64,000 bases of DNA from Leucoraja ocellata (Eukaryota), in contig JAWMAR010000008.1 of NCBI GenBank assembly GCA_036785375.1, positions 806,001 through 870,000 of the forward strand, written 5' to 3'. The notes under the pieces are model-generated. The model was not told the origin of the DNA and searched no databases. It saw only the letters and a list, made by a program, of their open reading frames with translations. Numbering within the stretch: position 1 is the stretch's first letter; each line of letters starts with the position of its first letter. Below, piece by piece: positions 63,966 to 64,000 of the stretch. Made by a program: the position numbers and the translations under genes.

Positions 63966-64000
63966 GCTCCTTTCTTGATATGCATATTTGTCCCACCCGC

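Overview
Eukaryotic, repeat-rich vertebrate DNA. The repeat families (HE1/V-SINE-like tRNA SINEs, CR1, Rex1-like LINEs, Penelope-like elements) point to a cartilaginous fish, probably a skate or ray; this is inference. The only supportable gene is the 3' part of a plasma-membrane syntaxin, best matching STX1A, on the minus strand. It has exons equivalent to exons 6, 7 and 8 (109, 74, 138 bp), then two tandem 111-bp copies of exon 9 only 76 bp apart. One copy is canonical syntaxin-1 and the other is syntaxin-2-like. There are also two alternative transmembrane-anchor exons (10923-11000 and 3916-3996). Rbfox UGCAUG motifs sit where they would promote the canonical neuronal 9b+10b isoform and repress the alternative anchor. 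This suggests a splicing switch that replaces the C-terminal SNARE half, the juxtamembrane linker and the TMD of syntaxin-1A. Exons 1-5 were not found and presumably lie beyond position 64000. The introns carry many Penelope-derived palindromes with minimal hammerhead-ribozyme cores, Helitron-like elements, MITEs and one 185-N gap. Repeat boundaries are approximate. Family assignments and paralog comparisons are from recalled motifs, not database searches.
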